Assembly: GCA_910578835.1 (NCBI GenBank)
Contig: CAJTSK010000004.1
Location: 7,067-71,066, forward strand
Direction: 5' to 3'
Length of the DNA: 64,000 bases
Source of the DNA: an uncultured Muribaculum sp.
Lineage (GTDB): Bacteria > Bacteroidota > Bacteroidia > Bacteroidales > Muribaculaceae
The notes beneath the pieces are model-generated. The model saw only the letters and a program-made list of their open reading frames with translations. It had not been told where the DNA came from and searched no databases. How positions within the stretch are numbered: position 1 is the first letter of the stretch; each line of letters begins with the position of its first letter. Below are positions 19,741-32,479 of the stretch, one piece after another. A program made the translations under genes and the position numbers.

Positions 19741-20702
19741 TTCGCCAATATTCTTGAAACAAAAGAAAATACACGCCTTCCGCCATAGGAGAGCAACACG
19801 CCAAGCTTATTTTTCAATCTCACCTTGCCATTGAGAAGCTCGCCTCCACGCAGCGAACGTATTATGCCCCAGCAACGGTCGCTATCGGCAGAATCGCCAT
19901 ATCCGTTAATCCCGAGAAGTATAAACATGTTGAATGCAGCGCTTAGCTTGCGGTCGCGGGCAGCAAGCTGCATCGAATGTCCGTAAGGAATCACACGTTT
20001 GCATATACTGTCGGTCACGTCAAGCACATCAAGCCTCTTGAGCGAGAACGACCCGATATTGCTCCCCTCGCGGTGACGATAATAATAGAGAACGTCATCG
20101 GAAGCGGTCACATGATTTACTTCCGGCAGTACTCTCGTGATAAATTCGAGATCCTCATAAAGTATCCCGGGGACAAACCCTGACGAACGGAACAGATGTC
20201 TGCGGTAAAGCTTGCAGTATGGACCGGTATCAAGCCTATCCTGATATAATGTACGCTCCAGCGCCTCCATAGGCGACATCTTCAAGGGAAGCTTGCAAGA
20301 TAACGACAGCCTTGACATGTCGGGAGAGACACCTTCGGCAAACCTTACCATGACAATATCAGAACCGCTGTCATTTGCAAGCTGATAAAGGCGCGACAGA
20401 TATGAGGGGTGGATTATATCATCGCTGTCCATAAACGCGATATAGTGTCCCGAGGCGGCTGCCACCCCGGTATTACGTGCCACGGAAGTGCCGCCATTAG
20501 CCTGATGTACCACCTTGAAACGCGAATCACCTGCCGCCACCATATCACAGAAAGCGGAAGAGCCGTCGGTGGAACCGTCATCAACCAGAATCACCTCAAA
20601 ACGGTCAAAATCCTGACGACTTATGCTCTCCACACACTCCACCAAATACTCCGCCACATTATACACTGGCACAACTAAGGAAATTTCCGGTTTCGCATTC
20701 AT
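19737..20702 (-). CDS. Glycosyltransferase family 2
   Basis: SLVVPVYNV, LVDDGSTD, ARNTG, FMDSDD, YED. Confidence 0.92.
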   Translation of the reverse strand: MNAKPEISLVVPVYNVAEYLVECVESISRQDFDRFEVILVDDGSTDGSSAFCDMVAAGDSRFKVVHQANGGTSVARNTGVAAASGHYIAFMDSDDIIHPSYLSRLYQLANDSGSDIVMVRFAEGVSPDMSRLSLSCKLPLKMSPMEALERTLYQDRLDTGPYCKLYRRHLFRSSGFVPGILYEDLEFITRVLPEVNHVTASDDVLYYYRHREGSNIGSFSLKRLDVLDVTDSICKRVIPYGHSMQLAARDRKLSAAFNMFILLGINGYGDSADSDRCWGIIRSLRGGELLNGKVRLKNKLGVLLSYGGRRVFSFVSRILAK

Positions 20703-20832
20703 TAGTAACAAATTTAGACAAAATAATCGTATATTTGCGAATATTCAATCTGATTTTTTGGAGATGCCTGCAACTTTTATGGCGCGACCCGCATCTAACA
20801 AAAAAACAACTTAAACAAACATCATCGTAATC

Positions 20833-21621
20833 ATGAACAAATTACTGACTTCTATTTTCGCTGTAATGATGCTTATATCGGCATCGGCATGTGCTGAAAC
20901 AATCTATGCAAGTAAAAACATAGTGACCAAAAATGTCACTACAGGCAGTTTCAGCGGCATCTCTACCACTTCATCGGTTGACGTAGAATATATCCAGTCT
21001 CCGGCGCAGAGCATCGTAATCTCGGCACCCGACAATATAATCGACTATGTGGAGGTGAAAGTATCAGGCAAAACCCTGAAAGTCGGATACAAGAGTCCGT
21101 GCAATATCGTGCTTCACAAGAGCAAGGTGGTCGTAAAGGTAAGTGCGCCAAATGTCAGCTCTTTCACTACCGGAAGTTCAGGCGACATTGATATAAAAGG
21201 CACTCTCGACATAGCGGGCGACGTGACATTCAATACCGGGTCAAGCGGCGACATCGAAGCAAAAAGTGTCAAGTGTAAGAGATTAAATGCCACCACAAGC
21301 AGTTCCGGTGACATCGAAATAGATAATGCCTACTGCATAACACTTATGGCAAAGACACAAAGTTCGGGCGATATAAAGATTAAGAATGTCTCAGCCACCA
21401 CGGTCAATGCGACGACACAAAGCTCAGGTGACATCAAACTCACAGGCACATGTACCGATGCAAAATACACTACCGGCTCAAGCGGTGATATAAATGCAAA
21501 GTCACTGAGAGCTGTCAACGTAATTGCCACCACTAATTCCAGCGGTGACATATATTTCAACGGAAAGCATGCTGAAACGAGAAAGTCCAGTTCGGGCGAC
21601 ATCCACAGAAGCAAAAATTAA
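20833..21621 (+). CDS. Head GIN domain (DUF2807) beta-helix exported protein
   Basis: Signal peptide, seven (G/S)SGDI repeats at about 19-aa spacing. Confidence 0.85.
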   Translation: MNKLLTSIFAVMMLISASACAETIYASKNIVTKNVTTGSFSGISTTSSVDVEYIQSPAQSIVISAPDNIIDYVEVKVSGKTLKVGYKSPCNIVLHKSKVVVKVSAPNVSSFTTGSSGDIDIKGTLDIAGDVTFNTGSSGDIEAKSVKCKRLNATTSSSGDIEIDNAYCITLMAKTQSSGDIKIKNVSATTVNATTQSSGDIKLTGTCTDAKYTTGSSGDINAKSLRAVNVIATTNSSGDIYFNGKHAETRKSSSGDIHRSKN

Positions 21622-21629
21622 TAACCGTA

Positions 21630-22004
21630 ATGGCACAACACAACGACCTCGGACAATGGGGCGAAAAAGTCGCGCGTGAATATCTCATCACGCGCGGCTA
21701 TACTATTGTAGAACAGGATACCCGTAAGGGATTCTATGAACTCGACATAATCGCCATTAAAGGCAACCGCATAATTTTTGCCGAGGTAAAAACACGTTCA
21801 GCCGGCTCCTTTGACCCACTGGAGGCAATCACGCCGCAAAAAATCAGCCGCATATGCAGTGCAGCAAATTCATTTATCGTGCAGTATCAATACCCCCACG
21901 AAGTACAATTTGACATCATCGCGGTAATAGGTAATCCGCAGACCGGGCATAAAATCGAACATATACCCGACGCCTTCGTTCCCCCGCTGCGAGGCTACCG
22001 TTAG
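21630..22004 (+). CDS. yraN: YraN family (UPF0102) protein
   Basis: HNDLGQWGE, ELDIIA, FAEVKTR, FDII, HIPDAF. Confidence 0.9.
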   Translation: MAQHNDLGQWGEKVAREYLITRGYTIVEQDTRKGFYELDIIAIKGNRIIFAEVKTRSAGSFDPLEAITPQKISRICSAANSFIVQYQYPHEVQFDIIAVIGNPQTGHKIEHIPDAFVPPLRGYR

Positions 22005-22032
22005 AGCGCGTCATACATTTGTACAACGTGCT

Positions 22033-23751
22033 TTAGTCGGTGCGTCGCTTTCTTGCCGACGGGTCAGGCTCCTTCAACAATGCCTCCATTTCAGGCGGCA
22101 CATTGAAAATATCATCTTTATCTTTGGGGCGCAACGCGTCATACCACTGGAAAGAAGGCAGATAGAACAATGACTTCTTAGCCAGATACAGCGGAGTCAC
22201 GGTACCGGTCACTTCAGGCCACATCATCATGCGCTCCAGCTTACCCTCCTTAAACAAGCCTTGCAAGAAACTGCTCTCTGAATTGACAATCTTATTGTAG
22301 GTCGAATCATCTTCCTGAGGCAACGAAATCACCTCGACATTTCCGCTCACATCGAGCTGCCGCAAAGTTCCCTCTTCAAACTGTGCAAGCATCTCCTTGC
22401 CCGACAACTGATTATAAAACTCCTCATCGACATGCTCCGCCACAAAACCGAAATCAGGCAACTTCGCCCAGTCGGCGGTGGAATCATTGAAATGCATCTG
22501 GATTACGTTACCAAACACCTGACGCTCCTCATTCCACACAATCGGGTGACGGTGCATGTACATAATCGAGTCACGCTCCATGAAACTCAGCGAATCGCAA
22601 AGACCCTGGACATCAATACGCCAGAATCTCACACGCGGATATGCCGTCATGACATGGGTGGAATCTTCACGCAGCAAATATGTGCGCACAGTGTCGCCAT
22701 GCATATAGAGGGTATCTTGACGGCTATACTCCAGGATTCGTGCCCTACCGGTGGCAAAAGAGCTGTCATTTGCCTCATAATAGAAGCCGTAGTCACCCTC
22801 GATAGCAGCTTGACGTATAGAGTCGGTAAGCACCATGCCACCCCAAGCCTGACCGAAGCCCGCAGGATGATCATAGAATATGGTGTCGCCGGTAAGTGTA
22901 TTACCGCGCGTAGTCACGACAAGCGAACGGTCATATAGCTCCGACACTTCAGCCTCGGTGTCAAACCATCCGTTGCTTGAATAAACCGTGGCACTGTCAG
23001 TGACAATCACCGACGGACTCACGATATTAGCAATATGCGTATCGGTATTGTAACGCAACACCTCGGTAGTCATCTTGAAATCTTCACCGGCTATATCCTG
23101 AAGCACTACATGCTCCCTGAACTCCGCCTCCTTGGTATCGGGATTATATTCGCCATACCCTGAAGTCAACTGGTTTTCAGCATCGGTAATCTTGCCTTCG
23201 TTGTCGTAGTAGCCGAGATTGGCGGCTATATCGTAATAAAAGATGTAAGTTGACAAAGTGACATCCTTATTGATAAGCCTTACAGGATTGGTACCGTCGC
23301 CATAAAATGTGGCAAACTCGGTGTCACCCTTGTAATCAAGCTCGTCGGCATACACAAAAAGCGTATCACCCTGCTCCATCCTTACATTGCCGTAAGCTTG
23401 CAGTGAGCCGGTCCCTTCATAAAAGTTGGCGCTGTCACAATACATGAACATGCCACCTTTGCGGAACATGACATTGCCCGTCACCATCTGAAACTCCGTG
23501 CTTATGCGCTCATCCATCCATAGACGGTCGGCGCGCTCAAGAAACACACGGCTGTCACGCTCACGGTCAACCTCAGGGATGGTAGGTTTGACAGGAATAC
23601 GTTTCGCCTTAGCCGAAACCGGCAGAACAGCTTTTTCTGTCACAGGTCCGCCAAAAAGAAACGACGGTGCAAGAACACCCAAAAGGCACAGGAGAATAAA
23701 AAATCTCCCGTGCCTCATTGATGGTATATTATTTTTTCTGTTACTTTTCAC
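22033..23751 (-). CDS. OstA/LptA-like beta-jellyroll protein
   Basis: GNVMFRK..MYCDSA, AYGNVRMEQGDTL; follows surA. Confidence 0.82.
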   Translation of the reverse strand: MKSNRKNNIPSMRHGRFFILLCLLGVLAPSFLFGGPVTEKAVLPVSAKAKRIPVKPTIPEVDRERDSRVFLERADRLWMDERISTEFQMVTGNVMFRKGGMFMYCDSANFYEGTGSLQAYGNVRMEQGDTLFVYADELDYKGDTEFATFYGDGTNPVRLINKDVTLSTYIFYYDIAANLGYYDNEGKITDAENQLTSGYGEYNPDTKEAEFREHVVLQDIAGEDFKMTTEVLRYNTDTHIANIVSPSVIVTDSATVYSSNGWFDTEAEVSELYDRSLVVTTRGNTLTGDTIFYDHPAGFGQAWGGMVLTDSIRQAAIEGDYGFYYEANDSSFATGRARILEYSRQDTLYMHGDTVRTYLLREDSTHVMTAYPRVRFWRIDVQGLCDSLSFMERDSIMYMHRHPIVWNEERQVFGNVIQMHFNDSTADWAKLPDFGFVAEHVDEEFYNQLSGKEMLAQFEEGTLRQLDVSGNVEVISLPQEDDSTYNKIVNSESSFLQGLFKEGKLERMMMWPEVTGTVTPLYLAKKSLFYLPSFQWYDALRPKDKDDIFNVPPEMEALLKEPDPSARKRRTD

Positions 23752-25108
23752 TTGCCGATGTTTTTATCCAGCCTTCATGAGTAAAGTCGCAATTGCGCCA
23801 ACCTTCTTCGATACGCACATAAGTGTCTTTAATCTTCTTCTCGGTCCATTCTGATATAATCTTGGCTTTCTGCGCTTCCTCATACATACCCTTAATCATC
23901 TGGTAGTCATCGCTAAGATTGGCGCGATGCCCCTCTATACGATTAGTCAGCTTCACAATTGCCACAATGTCGCGGTTACGCTTGGGATCTTTCATGATGA
24001 AAGGCTTTGACAGCTCGCCCACCTGAAGCTTGCTCACCTCGCGGCTCACTTCCTGAGGGAGCTGTGACATCTCGAAGCGAGTAGTACCGGTGTTGTCATT
24101 CACCATCACGCCACGGTTGTTACGTGTGTCTTTATCCTGCGACACGTAAGGAATTGCATCCTCAAAGCTTACTTTCTCGGCAAGGATGTCGGCACGCACT
24201 GTGTCAAGACGGTGGAGCGCCTCGGTAAGATCCTTGTCGCTTACCTTCGGGCGAAGAAGGATATGACGTGTATTGATACGGTCGCCACGCTTCTCGATAA
24301 GCTGTATGATATGGAAACCATATTCAGTCTCTACAATCTTTGACACCTTCTTGGGGTCATTGAGGTTAAATGCAACGGCAGCATATTCAGGCACAAGCTG
24401 TCCTTTACCCATAAAGCCAAGTTCACCGCCGCGGATTGAGCTTCCATCTTCCGAATAGAGGATGGCAAGAGTGGAGAAATCTGATTCACCCTTGTTGATA
24501 CGGTCGGCAAAGTCGCGAAGGCGAGCCTTAACCTCATCAATCTCCTCGCGGGGAATGACCGGGTTGAGGGTCATAATCTGTGTCTCGACCTGAAGCGGCA
24601 CAAACGGGATTGAATCCTTAGGCAATGAAGAGAAATATTTTCTTACATCAGAAGGGGTCACTTTAAGATGGTCGGTAAGCGATTTCTGCACCTGCATGAC
24701 CATATAGTTGTTACGCATGGCATCCATCATCGTCTCTCTGATTTCGGGCAACGGACGGCGATAAAACTCTTCGAGCTTTTCCTGAGTTCCGAGATTGGCA
24801 ATCATCATGTTGATACGCCTGTCCACTTCCGAAGCCACCATACCGTCCTGCACCTCAACAGAGTCAAGCTCTGCCTGATGAAGAAACAACTTCTCAACGG
24901 CAAGCTTCTCAGGAATCACGCAATAGGGGTCGCCATTGATGTCGGCACGCTCATAGAGCATGGTCTGGTACATTTCCTCTACCTCCGACTTATAGATAGG
25001 CTCATCGCCAATCCACCAAGCCACTTCTTCGGCTATATTGTTCTGTGCCACAGTAAACGCAGCCGCGGCACCCAATGCACATAATGTAATAGTTCTGGTC
25101 AATTTCAC
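23741..25108 (-). CDS. surA: SurA-like peptidyl-prolyl isomerase chaperone
   Basis: FSTLAILYSED..RGGELG, VETEYGFHII, RHILLRP. Confidence 0.85.
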   Translation of the reverse strand: MKLTRTITLCALGAAAAFTVAQNNIAEEVAWWIGDEPIYKSEVEEMYQTMLYERADINGDPYCVIPEKLAVEKLFLHQAELDSVEVQDGMVASEVDRRINMMIANLGTQEKLEEFYRRPLPEIRETMMDAMRNNYMVMQVQKSLTDHLKVTPSDVRKYFSSLPKDSIPFVPLQVETQIMTLNPVIPREEIDEVKARLRDFADRINKGESDFSTLAILYSEDGSSIRGGELGFMGKGQLVPEYAAVAFNLNDPKKVSKIVETEYGFHIIQLIEKRGDRINTRHILLRPKVSDKDLTEALHRLDTVRADILAEKVSFEDAIPYVSQDKDTRNNRGVMVNDNTGTTRFEMSQLPQEVSREVSKLQVGELSKPFIMKDPKRNRDIVAIVKLTNRIEGHRANLSDDYQMIKGMYEEAQKAKIISEWTEKKIKDTYVRIEEGWRNCDFTHEGWIKTSASEK

Positions 25109-25131
25109 GTTTATAATGTATTATTTCTTTA

Positions 25132-26034
25132 TTATTCAGTCGTTTTTGTCAGTTCAGCTGTGGTTAAGTCAATCTTTACCTCAACATCGCCACGCTCAAC
25201 ACCCTCTTCATATAGATGCTGCCTGAGACGCTTGTCATACTCTATACGCATGACACCGGCAATATAATCACGTACTGTCTCCTTGACTGTCTCAAAAGGC
25301 GCCACCGCACCTTTGGGTAGCACTTCCGTCACATTGAGCAGATAGGTATAACCGTTGCGCGACATCTCGGAGGTCTTGTCCCAACGCGAAAGCAACTCAG
25401 GCGACGCGTTGAAATCAAGAGGCATACGCCCGGCAATCTTGCCCCAATCGGTCCAGTTATCGGCAAAATAGTGATATTCCATCTTTTCCGGGTCGGAAAG
25501 CTGATATTTCTCTATCTTGTCAAGGTCTTCCTCAGTACCCGACCTCACCCACTTTTTCACATCATTAAGACGGGGCGCATTATCAGGTATCTTTACGAAA
25601 ATACCCTTTATCAACGGAGCATCAAGACGGAAATCATCCTGATGGCGGCTATAGTAGACCTCCAGACTGTCTTCTGACAACTCCTTAGGCATATTCTGCT
25701 CATACATGAGCCGGCGATACTCCATCATGACAAGTTCATTGCGGTAAGCATTGACTTTCTCCTCGATAGCGGGCATGTCTGGGATATTTCGCGCGGCAAC
25801 CTCCCCGATTATCCTGGCATCGACCCACTGATGTACATATGCGCTTACAAAACGCACACTATCTGCCGGAGTCAACCCATAAGGCACCTTCTCCATCAGC
25901 TCAGGCATGGTAAGCACCGACTTTCCCACCCTCGCCACTATATCACCGCGATCAATAGCAGTGTCACCGCCTCCCCCACAGGAAGTGAGGCAGACGGCGA
26001 ACAACAGTATAGCGACTGACTTCAGATGTGTCAT
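25132..26034 (-). CDS. PPIase-like lipoprotein
   Basis: Lipobox LTSC, VARVG, position inside the PPIase operon. Confidence 0.7.
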   Translation of the reverse strand: MTHLKSVAILLFAVCLTSCGGGGDTAIDRGDIVARVGKSVLTMPELMEKVPYGLTPADSVRFVSAYVHQWVDARIIGEVAARNIPDMPAIEEKVNAYRNELVMMEYRRLMYEQNMPKELSEDSLEVYYSRHQDDFRLDAPLIKGIFVKIPDNAPRLNDVKKWVRSGTEEDLDKIEKYQLSDPEKMEYHYFADNWTDWGKIAGRMPLDFNASPELLSRWDKTSEMSRNGYTYLLNVTEVLPKGAVAPFETVKETVRDYIAGVMRIEYDKRLRQHLYEEGVERGDVEVKIDLTTAELTKTTE

Positions 26035-26080
26035 AAATATCGTCGATTATCAATCGACACCAAAATTACTAAAATTTCGG

Positions 26081-28009
26081 CTATTGCAGTTTCTTTAATG
26101 CTTTTTTATTAACTTTTACAGGATATTTGGATTTCAAATCATCTATCCACTGCTTTTCAAGCTCCGCCTGATAGTCGGCAATCACCGCGCCTTTCACATC
26201 GGCGACTTCCTGAGGTGCATCTATCATTTCCCCGCCATATAGCTCGGCATGTTTCCACACACCGCGCATCTCGGGCTGAGGTGCGCCAAAAAGGAGATAG
26301 TCGACCATCTTGTTGTCACCCTTGCCGGCAAGCACGCGCTCGGCACGCGCCATATGCTTAAACTGCTTATTGAGCATCTTGGACAAGGAATCAACAGGAG
26401 GATTGGTCTTTAGAAAATCGGAAACAAGAGCCGATACGGAATCGTTTACGCTGTACACGATGTAACCCTTGTATTTAGGAGATTCCCACTTATACTTGTC
26501 GCGGTGAGACTCAAAGTATTTAGACTGCCCCTCGCTGTCTACAGAAGCGCGGTTCCAGACTTTTTCATTTGACACCTCAAAGAGTAGCATTCCGTCATGG
26601 TACTCATTGATGAGATTGCGGAAATCGGCATCGTTCTGAGCTATGCGGGCAATTTCGGCATCGATAGCCATGCCGTCAGCAACACTGTTGACCATCGCAT
26701 CGATATAAAAGTCAGCTTCCTCAACCGACAAAGAGTTTTTGGGAAGTGGCTTGGCAAACATCTCGGCAGAAGTAAATTCCTTGCCGCCTACTTCACCTAC
26801 GACAAGCGGGGCGCCGACGAATGCCGCCACGAGAGCTGAATCAAGCGAGCCGTTAGTCTTCACCGCTTCTTTCAACGAAGCCACATTTGCATCATTAATC
26901 TTTGTTCCAAACTTTGTGCGGAGATCGGCGATACGCTTCTTGCGCGGAAGCTCGCTTCTACCATCGCGCTTCATCAAGCCCATAATCTTTTCGCGAGACT
27001 CGTCAAGCGAAGGTATGTCGCGAGAGTCCACGCGGTTTATGATATGGTAACCGTAAGAAGTAGAAAAAGGCTCTGAAATCGCACCGTTTTCAAGCGAAAA
27101 GGCTACCGACTCAAACTCATGCACCATCATGCCGGCACCAAACCAGGGGAGAAGTCCGCCATCTTTTGCCGAACCGGGGTCTTCACTTTCACGTGTAGCG
27201 ACATCGGCAAAATCAGCTCCGGCAGCCAATACTTTGTATAGAGAATCAATCTGCGCCTTAGCCAGCTCCTTGCCTGCCTCATTCTTGCCTCTGGTAAGTT
27301 TCAATATGTGACGAGCAAGCACCTCTCCGCGAGAAGGGCGTTCGCCCTCGACACGTACAATATGGTAACCAAACGGAGTTTCGATCACCTCTGAAATCTC
27401 ACCTACAGGGGTGTTATAAGCGGTATTTTCAAACGTATAAGGATATCTTCCGCCGGTAATCCAGCCAAGTTCACCACCATTGCTCTTGGCGGAGCGGTCG
27501 ATGGAATATCTGCGGGCTATGTCTGCCATGTCTCCACCGTTAAGAATCACGGTGCGCAGACTGTCAAGTGTAGCCTTGCGCAAGGCGGCTTCAGAGGGTG
27601 TGCGACCCTTGTCAATCATCACATGGCTTATCTTGACTTCGCGGGTCATATGGGCATAAGCCTCATCGACAAGACGATTTTCCTCATCCTTGTCATAAAT
27701 ATACGGTTCCGCAAGTTCGTTTCTGTATTTTTTAAACTCAGCCTGAAATGCAGCCGTGGTGTCAATACCGGCGGCAAGCGCATCAGCAACTTTCAGCTTA
27801 TATATCTTAAACAGTTCGGCATATTCGTCGACACTCATAGGCGACATCTGCTGACCGTTGTTTTTATTGTACAGATATTCAAACTCACTCAGTGGCACCT
27901 TCTTGCCGGCAACAGTGATTACCGTAGGGTCGTTATCTTTTGCTACTGCGGGTGAAAGTGCGAGGGCACCGAAAACAAACGCCACAATTCCTTTTCGCAT
28001 TGTTATCAT
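26081..28009 (-). CDS. Parvulin-type peptidyl-prolyl isomerase, two rotamase domains
   Basis: YSIDRSAKSNGGELG...ETPFGYHI; ESEDPGSAKDGGLL...SYGYHI. Confidence 0.88.
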   Translation of the reverse strand: MITMRKGIVAFVFGALALSPAVAKDNDPTVITVAGKKVPLSEFEYLYNKNNGQQMSPMSVDEYAELFKIYKLKVADALAAGIDTTAAFQAEFKKYRNELAEPYIYDKDEENRLVDEAYAHMTREVKISHVMIDKGRTPSEAALRKATLDSLRTVILNGGDMADIARRYSIDRSAKSNGGELGWITGGRYPYTFENTAYNTPVGEISEVIETPFGYHIVRVEGERPSRGEVLARHILKLTRGKNEAGKELAKAQIDSLYKVLAAGADFADVATRESEDPGSAKDGGLLPWFGAGMMVHEFESVAFSLENGAISEPFSTSYGYHIINRVDSRDIPSLDESREKIMGLMKRDGRSELPRKKRIADLRTKFGTKINDANVASLKEAVKTNGSLDSALVAAFVGAPLVVGEVGGKEFTSAEMFAKPLPKNSLSVEEADFYIDAMVNSVADGMAIDAEIARIAQNDADFRNLINEYHDGMLLFEVSNEKVWNRASVDSEGQSKYFESHRDKYKWESPKYKGYIVYSVNDSVSALVSDFLKTNPPVDSLSKMLNKQFKHMARAERVLAGKGDNKMVDYLLFGAPQPEMRGVWKHAELYGGEMIDAPQEVADVKGAVIADYQAELEKQWIDDLKSKYPVKVNKKALKKLQ

Positions 28010-28025
28010 TTACTTAGTTTTGTAT

Positions 28026-28074
28026 AAAAAGCAAAGATATAACGCGGGGAATATACCCTGTATTATATCTTTGC
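28026..28074 (-). terminator. Hairpin after guaB; its arms contain TATCTTTG
   Basis: GCAAAGATATAA 28031-28042 pairs with TTATATCTTTGC 28063-28074; T run follows on the minus strand. Confidence 0.6.
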
Positions 28075-28104
28075 CAACATATTTGATGAATTCCCTTCCG
28101 AAAA

Positions 28105-29697
<1,593 letters not shown>

Positions 29698-29816
29698 CTA
29701 TGACTTCCTGACCGGATTAACCTTGTTGCCAACCTAAAACAACAATGGCAGACATAACATGACGAGAAACAGAAATTTTCATAATATCAAAATTTCTGAC
29801 GGAGCTACTTGTTCAA

Positions 29817-31310
29817 TCAGCGGCGAGAGTCTACAAGCTGGGTGAGATGTGCTTCTTTTTCGGCAATCAGGAGCAGGCAGTCGCCCAGATAAAGGCGGGT
29901 ATTGCCTGTAGGCACAAGATATTTGCCGCCTCGTTTCACCATGATTACAAGAGTGGCGGGAGGAAGCGATATGTCACGCAGACGGTCGCCCTCGGCAAGC
30001 AATTCGGGCTTAACCTCCATTTCCACCATCGCAGCTGTAATCTCATCGGGTAGCTCAAGGTTAAACTCGCGCTCACGCACGGGTTCCTCCAGTCCGAGCC
30101 ACTTCGCCATACGGGTCACGGATGTGCCTTGCAACAGCAGCGACAATATGGTAATGAAGAATACCATGTTGAACATAAACCGCGCATGCAGCACATCGGG
30201 CGACATTAACGCGTAAGTAGCAAATATAATAGGCACCGCACCGCGAAGCCCTACCCACGATATATACAGGCGCGCCTTAAACGTAAAGCGTTTGAAGGGC
30301 AACAGACATAGCATCACCGACGCCGGACGACCGACAATAATCATGAACATACCCAGCAAAAGACCAGGAATAAGAATCGAAGTGTTAAGCAACTCATGGG
30401 GGTTTACCAGAAGTCCGAGCGACAGGAACATTATAATCTGCACAAGCCATGTGAAACCGCCGAAAAATGTAGTGATGGTCTTCTTCAACGCGAGCTTCAT
30501 GTTTCCCACGACAAGTCCCGCAAGATAAACGGCAAGATAGCTGTTACCCCCAACTATCTCGGTGACCGAAAATGTAAAAAACACGCAGGCTATCATCATT
30601 ACCGGATACATGAACTCGTTGGAGACACGCAACTTATTGATTACCGACACTGACAGATAGCCACACATCAGACCGCAGACAACGCCAATAAGCAGCTGTG
30701 ACACGAGCATCACCGCCGGATTGGACAGCAAAGTATAGGCTTCAGCCGCATCCCCGTTTTCAATCATCGAGATGATGATAATCACGAGCAGATAAGCCAT
30801 AGGGTCGTTACTTCCGCTCTCCAGTTCAAGAGTGGGTTTAAGCCGCTCTTTCAATCCCATCTTCGTGCTGTTGAGAATCGAGAACACCGATGCCGAATCG
30901 GTTGATGACATTACAGCAGCAAGCAGCATTGACTCCTTCCAGCCGAAAGCAAACTCAGGCGACAGCCACCTGAACAGATAATATATAAACGACCCGGTAA
31001 ATGCAGTGGTAAGTAAGACTCCTGCCGTAGCGAGCACAAGTCCGGGACCAAGCACAGGCTTTATATCAGAAAATTTAGTATCGACACCACCCGAAAACAG
31101 GATGACGCTCAGTGAAATCATGCCTATAAACTGCACAGCCTCAGCCGAGTCAAAATGGATACCGAACCCATCGACACCGGCAACCATTCCCACACCAAGA
31201 AACAGCAACAACGCCGGCATACCGAAACGGTTACCAGCCTTACCGACCACAACACTTATGGCAAGCAGCACGGCGATAACGAGCATTATATTATTGGCGT
31301 TTAATATCAT
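29817..31310 (-). CDS. K+/H+ antiporter (NhaP2/CvrA type) with TrkA-C domain
   Basis: SSTDSASVF, LELESGSNDPMA, WVGLRGAVPI. Confidence 0.9.
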   Translation of the reverse strand: MILNANNIMLVIAVLLAISVVVGKAGNRFGMPALLLFLGVGMVAGVDGFGIHFDSAEAVQFIGMISLSVILFSGGVDTKFSDIKPVLGPGLVLATAGVLLTTAFTGSFIYYLFRWLSPEFAFGWKESMLLAAVMSSTDSASVFSILNSTKMGLKERLKPTLELESGSNDPMAYLLVIIIISMIENGDAAEAYTLLSNPAVMLVSQLLIGVVCGLMCGYLSVSVINKLRVSNEFMYPVMMIACVFFTFSVTEIVGGNSYLAVYLAGLVVGNMKLALKKTITTFFGGFTWLVQIIMFLSLGLLVNPHELLNTSILIPGLLLGMFMIIVGRPASVMLCLLPFKRFTFKARLYISWVGLRGAVPIIFATYALMSPDVLHARFMFNMVFFITILSLLLQGTSVTRMAKWLGLEEPVREREFNLELPDEITAAMVEMEVKPELLAEGDRLRDISLPPATLVIMVKRGGKYLVPTGNTRLYLGDCLLLIAEKEAHLTQLVDSRR

Positions 31311-31379
31311 GATTCTGGTGATGTTTTTTTATCGTACAAATTATCAGGAAAGGCACAATGCCTCTCCTGATTTTTCCTG

Positions 31380-32471
31380 CTATTTCACAATACCCTTTTC
31401 GAGGTATTCTTCAAGATTGGTGCGTATAGCATCGCCGGCACGCTCCACGACCACTTTTGCCATGTCAGCATCAACCATAAGATTTACAAGCTGCTCAAAC
31501 GAAGTCCTCTTTGCGGGATCCCAGCCAAGTCTATTCTTCGCCTTGGTGGGGTCACCCCACAGGTTAACCACGTCGGTCGGGCGATAAAAGTCGGGCGACA
31601 CCTCAATCAACACTTTTCCGGTCTTGACATCGATACCCTTCTCGTTTTCTCCTTCTCCCTCAAAGCGCAACTCTATGCCGGCGCGACGGAAAGCATACTG
31701 GCAAAACTCACGCACCGAGTGCTGCTCGCCCGTGGCTATTACATAATCCTCAGCCTCGGGCTGCTGCAATATAAGCCACATACACTCCACATAATCCTTG
31801 GCATAACCCCAGTCGCGCAACGACGACAGATTGCCGAGGTAAAGCTTCTCCTGCTTTCCCTGAGCGATACGCGCGGCGGCAAGGGTAATCTTACGTGTAA
31901 CAAATGTCTCGCCACGACGCTCCGACTCATGGTTAAACAATATACCGGAGCAACAATACATGCCGTAAGCCTCGCGATATTCCTTCACTATCCAGAAGCC
32001 ATACAGCTTTGCCACGGCATAAGGGCTGTAAGGATGAAAAGGCGTATTTTCATTCTGCGGCACCTCCTCCACCTTTCCATAAAGCTCCGAGGTAGAAGCC
32101 TGATAGATACGGCAGGTGTCGGCGAGTCCGCACAGACGCACCGCCTCAAGCACACGCAACACACCTGTGGCATCTACATTGGCGGTATATTCCGGCGTGT
32201 CAAACGATACCTGTACATGGCTCTGAGCTGCAAGATTATATATTTCATCAGGGCGTACCAGTGATACCACCTGCATTATTGACATCGAATCGCCAAGATC
32301 GGCGTAATGAAGATGGAAATTGGCGTGCCCCTCAAGATGTGCTATACGTTCACGGAAGTCGACCGAAGAACGGCGTATTGTACCATGTACGTCATATCCC
32401 TTCTCCAGCAACAATTCAGCAAGAAAAGAGCCGTCTTGTCCGGTAACGCCGGTAATCACAGCTTTCTTCAT
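31380..32471 (-). CDS. gmd: GDP-mannose 4,6-dehydratase
   Basis: [41 protein letters not shown]. Confidence 0.97.
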   Translation of the reverse strand: MKKAVITGVTGQDGSFLAELLLEKGYDVHGTIRRSSVDFRERIAHLEGHANFHLHYADLGDSMSIMQVVSLVRPDEIYNLAAQSHVQVSFDTPEYTANVDATGVLRVLEAVRLCGLADTCRIYQASTSELYGKVEEVPQNENTPFHPYSPYAVAKLYGFWIVKEYREAYGMYCCSGILFNHESERRGETFVTRKITLAAARIAQGKQEKLYLGNLSSLRDWGYAKDYVECMWLILQQPEAEDYVIATGEQHSVREFCQYAFRRAGIELRFEGEGENEKGIDVKTGKVLIEVSPDFYRPTDVVNLWGDPTKAKNRLGWDPAKRTSFEQLVNLMVDADMAKVVVERAGDAIRTNLEEYLEKGIVK

Positions 32472-32479
32472 ATGTGTCA

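Noticed and set aside
21170..21605. Periodic AGCGGCGACAT-like DNA repeats
   Set aside because: They encode the SSGDI beta-helix repeats of the DUF2807 protein.
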